Shown here piece by piece: positions 60,405-64,000 of a stretch of DNA of 64,000 nucleotides (positions within the stretch are counted from its first letter, which is position 1; every line of letters starts with the position of its first letter). Position numbers and translations under genes: made by a program. A model generated the notes under the pieces. It did no database searches. It worked only from the letters and a program-made list of their open reading frames with translations, and was not told the origin of the DNA. Source of the DNA: Squalus acanthias (taxonomy: Eukaryota); assembly GCA_030390025.1 (NCBI GenBank), contig CM059431.1, positions 125,614,001-125,678,000 on the forward strand, given 5' to 3'.

Positions 60405-61987
60405 TTTAAAAAGGGCAGTAGACAGAAGGCTGGTAACTATAGACCGGTTAGCCTAACATCTGTGGTAGGTAAAATTTTGGAGTCCATTATTAAGGAAACA
60501 GTAACAGGACATTTGGATAATCATAATTTAATAGGACAAAGTCAGCATGGTTTTACGAAGGGGAAGTCATGTTTGACAAATTTGCTGGAGTTCTTTGAGG
60601 AAGTAACATATAGAGTGGATAAAGGGGAACCAGTGGACGTAGTGTATTTAGACTTCCAAAAGGCATTTGACAAGGTGCCACACAAAAGATTATTGCTTAA
60701 GGTAAAAAATCACGGGATTGGGGGTAATATTCTGGCATGGATAGAGGATTGGCTATCTAACAGAAAGCAAAGAGTTGGGATAAATGGTTCATTCTCAGAC
60801 TGGCAATCAGTAACTAGTGGTGTTCCACAGGGGTCAGTGCTGGGTCCCCAACTCTTCACAATCTATATTAACGATTTGGAGGAAGGGACCAAGTGTAACA
60901 TATCAAAATTTGCAGATGATACAAAGATGGGAGGGAAAGTAGTGAGTGAGGAGGACATAAAAAACCTGCAAGGGGACATAGACAGGCTAAGTAAGTGGGC
61001 AGAGATTTGGCAGATGGAATACAACACTGGAAAGTGTGAGGTGATGCACTTTGGCAGGAAAAATCCTAGAGCAATTTATTATCTTAATGGCAAGAAACTG
61101 GAGAGTACTGAAGTGCAAAGGGATCTGGGGGTCCTGGTGCACGAAACTCAAAAGGTTAGTATGCAGGTGCAGCAAGTGATTAAGAAGGCAAATGGAATGT
61201 TGGCTTTCATTGCTAGGGGGATAGAATATAAAAATAGGGAGGTATTGCTTCAGTTGTACAAGGTATTGGTGAGACCGCACCTGGAATACTGCATACAGTT
61301 TTGGTGTCCTTACTTAAGGAAAGACATCCTTGCTCTCGAGGCAGTGCAAAAAAGGTTCACTCGGTTAATCCCGGGGATGAGGGGGTGGTCATATGAGGAG
61401 AGGTTGGGTAGATTGGGACTCTACTCATTGGAGTTCAGAAGAATGAGAGGCGATCTTATTGAAACATATAAGATTGTGAAGGGGTTGGATCGGGTGGATG
61501 CGGGGAGGATGTTCCCGATGACGGGTGAGACGAGAACTAGGGGACATAGTCTTAGAATAAGGGGCTGCTCTTTCAAAACTGAGATGAGGAGGAACTACTT
61601 CACTCAGAGGGTGATAGGTCCATGGAATATGCTGCCACAAAAAGCTGTAGAAGCTACAACATTAATTAAATTTAAAACAGAAATAGACAGTTTCCTAGAA
61701 GTAAAGGGCATTAAGGGTTACGGGGAGCGGGCAGGAATTTGGACATGAGTCTAGGTTCGGATCGGTCATGGCCCTGTGGGTAGTGGAGCGGGCCCAGGGA
61801 CTGTGTAGCCTGATTCTGCTCCTATTTTGTGTGTGCAATTCTGTTAGATGCAGGAGATGGTTCTGTGATAGATAGTAGATTGGCGGTTAGGATCAGATCA
61901 GCCATGATCTTATTGAATGGCGGAGCAGGCTCGAGGGGCCGATTGGCCTACTCCTGCTCCTATTTCTTATGTTCTTATGTTCTTATG
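60405..61987 (+). mobile_element. Young 5'-truncated CR1 (HER1-like) LINE with an open RT frame (60462-61748)
   Basis: 428 aa ORF with all RT motifs; almost identical to the split copy at 2423-2914 plus 28589-29848. Confidence 0.97.
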
Positions 61988-64000
61988 TACATGTGAGCTT
62001 TAAAACGTTAAAATGCTTTTCTTCAAGTGATAAAGACATTAAAGTATTGATTGCTTTGAAGATGTAGAAATGAATGATGAAGGTGTTTGGAACATTGTAT
62101 CATTTTGGCATACAGGTACGAGAAATTATTTCAATTGGACACAGAGAGCTGTAAATTGAGATTAGTTTTCTCATAACTGAACATTTTATGCCAATATAAA
62201 CATTGAATTACAGAACCTTTGCCTTTTATGAAGAAGTATGCTTCTAAATGAAGTATGCTTCCAAATGTAGTACTTTATTAAATAAGTAGTCTTTCATTGA
62301 ATAATTGTTCACGATGGTTCACAAATATTGTTTGTTTTATTTTAATACTGTAAAAATATCTCCATGAAGATGCATTTGTACCTGATTGTATAAACAAAAT
62401 GGCGGTAAATACCAACAGTCTGTTCTTGGGCCATATTTTGTGTTTCAGGCCTTTTACTTGCTTGCGGAGGTTTATCTTGTGACATGTAGTCTCTATGTGA
62501 ATAAAAGCACCCTGTTCAGATTCCATTATTGAAAAGTCTACTCAGCAGAATATTCTCTAAATTAGTTTATGGGTAAGCCTGAAGGATGATTTTGATTGGG
62601 TGAGACTATTATAAGACCCATGACAGACACTCAATCTCAGAACATTTTATTGTTCAGAGGTGCTGCTGTTAAATGAGCTGAATCACAAACAGTAGAAAAC
62701 GCATTTAAAAATGGAGCCAATATAAACATGCCTGGATCCTAAAGGCAATGAAAAGTTATAAAATTTGTACTTGTACAGCTCAGTTCATGCTATAAATATC
62801 CCTGGTGTATAAAACTTATGGATTAAATTATTGCACAATGCAATTTCAATGTGAAATTTTGCTCTCTGCTATATTAAACAAAGGCATTAACCTGTTTAAA
62901 ACAACTGGCTTTACATCTTCATTAAAACAGCACAAAATAAAGTCATGCAAGTGTGTTAATGTGTTTGTCAGCAATATCATATAACACAATTTTACCCCAA
63001 AAGAATCAAGCATCCCTTCTTATTGTTATCTGAATGCAAAAAAACAATGTAACACTGCCATAGACAAGCATTTAGCAATATATACTCATGCAGCAATCAA
63101 TATCCCAATGTGAGCAGAACAAGAGTTAGATTATGCCATATAGACACTTCCTTTTCACTCCTGATTATGACGATAATTAGATTATTTTATTAAAATACCA
63201 TTCAGTTACTTCAGAATCTTCTCTTTTATTGTTACACAAAATATATTAAGCATTGCAGTGACATACACTCAAGTCCTTGAAAACATTTGCAAATATGATT
63301 GGCCAATAATCAATGTTTTAAATTTTCTCTAAGTTTAATGGAGTGAGTCTTTGTGTTCAAAATCCCTGCTGCCCTTATTGTGAGATATTCCTCTGGGACT
63401 TTGCCAACACTCATAACTGTGTCAACTATTGATTCGCACTTTTGATGCACATGATTCACTGGGATAGCAGGAAGAGACAGAGATAAATAAATCTTTATTT
63501 CTCCCTTTATTCTGATGAATTGCAAGCATTTAAAACAATAAGGCAAAATCAATGAATAGATAGCAGAATGGAGAGTATTGGAAATGCTGTTTTTGGTACA
63601 CAAATAGCTGAGCAGTAATCTGTTGACAATTACGTAAAAGTCTTGTCATTATGAGGCCTACTTTTAGTGGATGCAAAAATCATTTAATGAATCCATTACC
63701 GCCAAGATAATTTCATCCCAGTTACACTCCTCCCATTTTATTAACATTGTCAATGGAAATTTCAGTCATCTAATCAAATGTTAACTGAATTTATACAAAT
63801 GTAATATGTAAGTGGGTCACTTGGCCAATGGAAATGACATAACTTATGACTGGTGGCAAGAAACATGCAAAAGTGGATGTAGAAATGACACGAGAGACCT
63901 GTTTCTTTCAGATGGTAATTGCACACATATGAAACAGAGCAATAGATGTTTTTCCTTGCACCAAAGGTATTCAATCCACAACCGTTAAAAAGTTGCTCTT

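Overview
Repeat-dense vertebrate genomic DNA, probably from a cartilaginous fish (inferred from HER1-like CR1 LINEs with TTCTTATG tails, Penelope remnants and a DeuSINE-like SINE). No intact host gene was recognised. The dominant feature is a young, nested pair of ~12.8 kb endogenous retroviruses on the minus strand. The outer provirus (2915-28588) sits in a CR1 LINE. A sister provirus (10912-23795, TSD CACC) has inserted in the same orientation into the outer pol. Pol has YVDD RT, a degenerate RNase H tether and a second RNase H, and Env resembles a paramyxo/pneumovirus F protein; together these fit lokiretroviruses. Unusual traits read from the sequence: (1) an Ig V-like domain at the Env N-terminus; (2) a UGA-CUAG gag/pol readthrough junction; (3) a gag ATG overlapping the primer-binding site; (4) ~1.7 kb LTRs with a predicted ~0.8 kb R region containing a splice donor; (5) an overlapping PSAPPSY late domain; (6) different env frameshifts in the two copies, which together reconstruct a 783 aa Env. 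A diverged solo LTR of the same group lies at 58083-59485. The rest is CR1, RTE and L2-like LINEs, PIF/Harbinger elements and MITEs, Penelope remnants with degenerate hammerhead motifs, and a few degraded coding-like stretches. All calls are by eye, without database searches.
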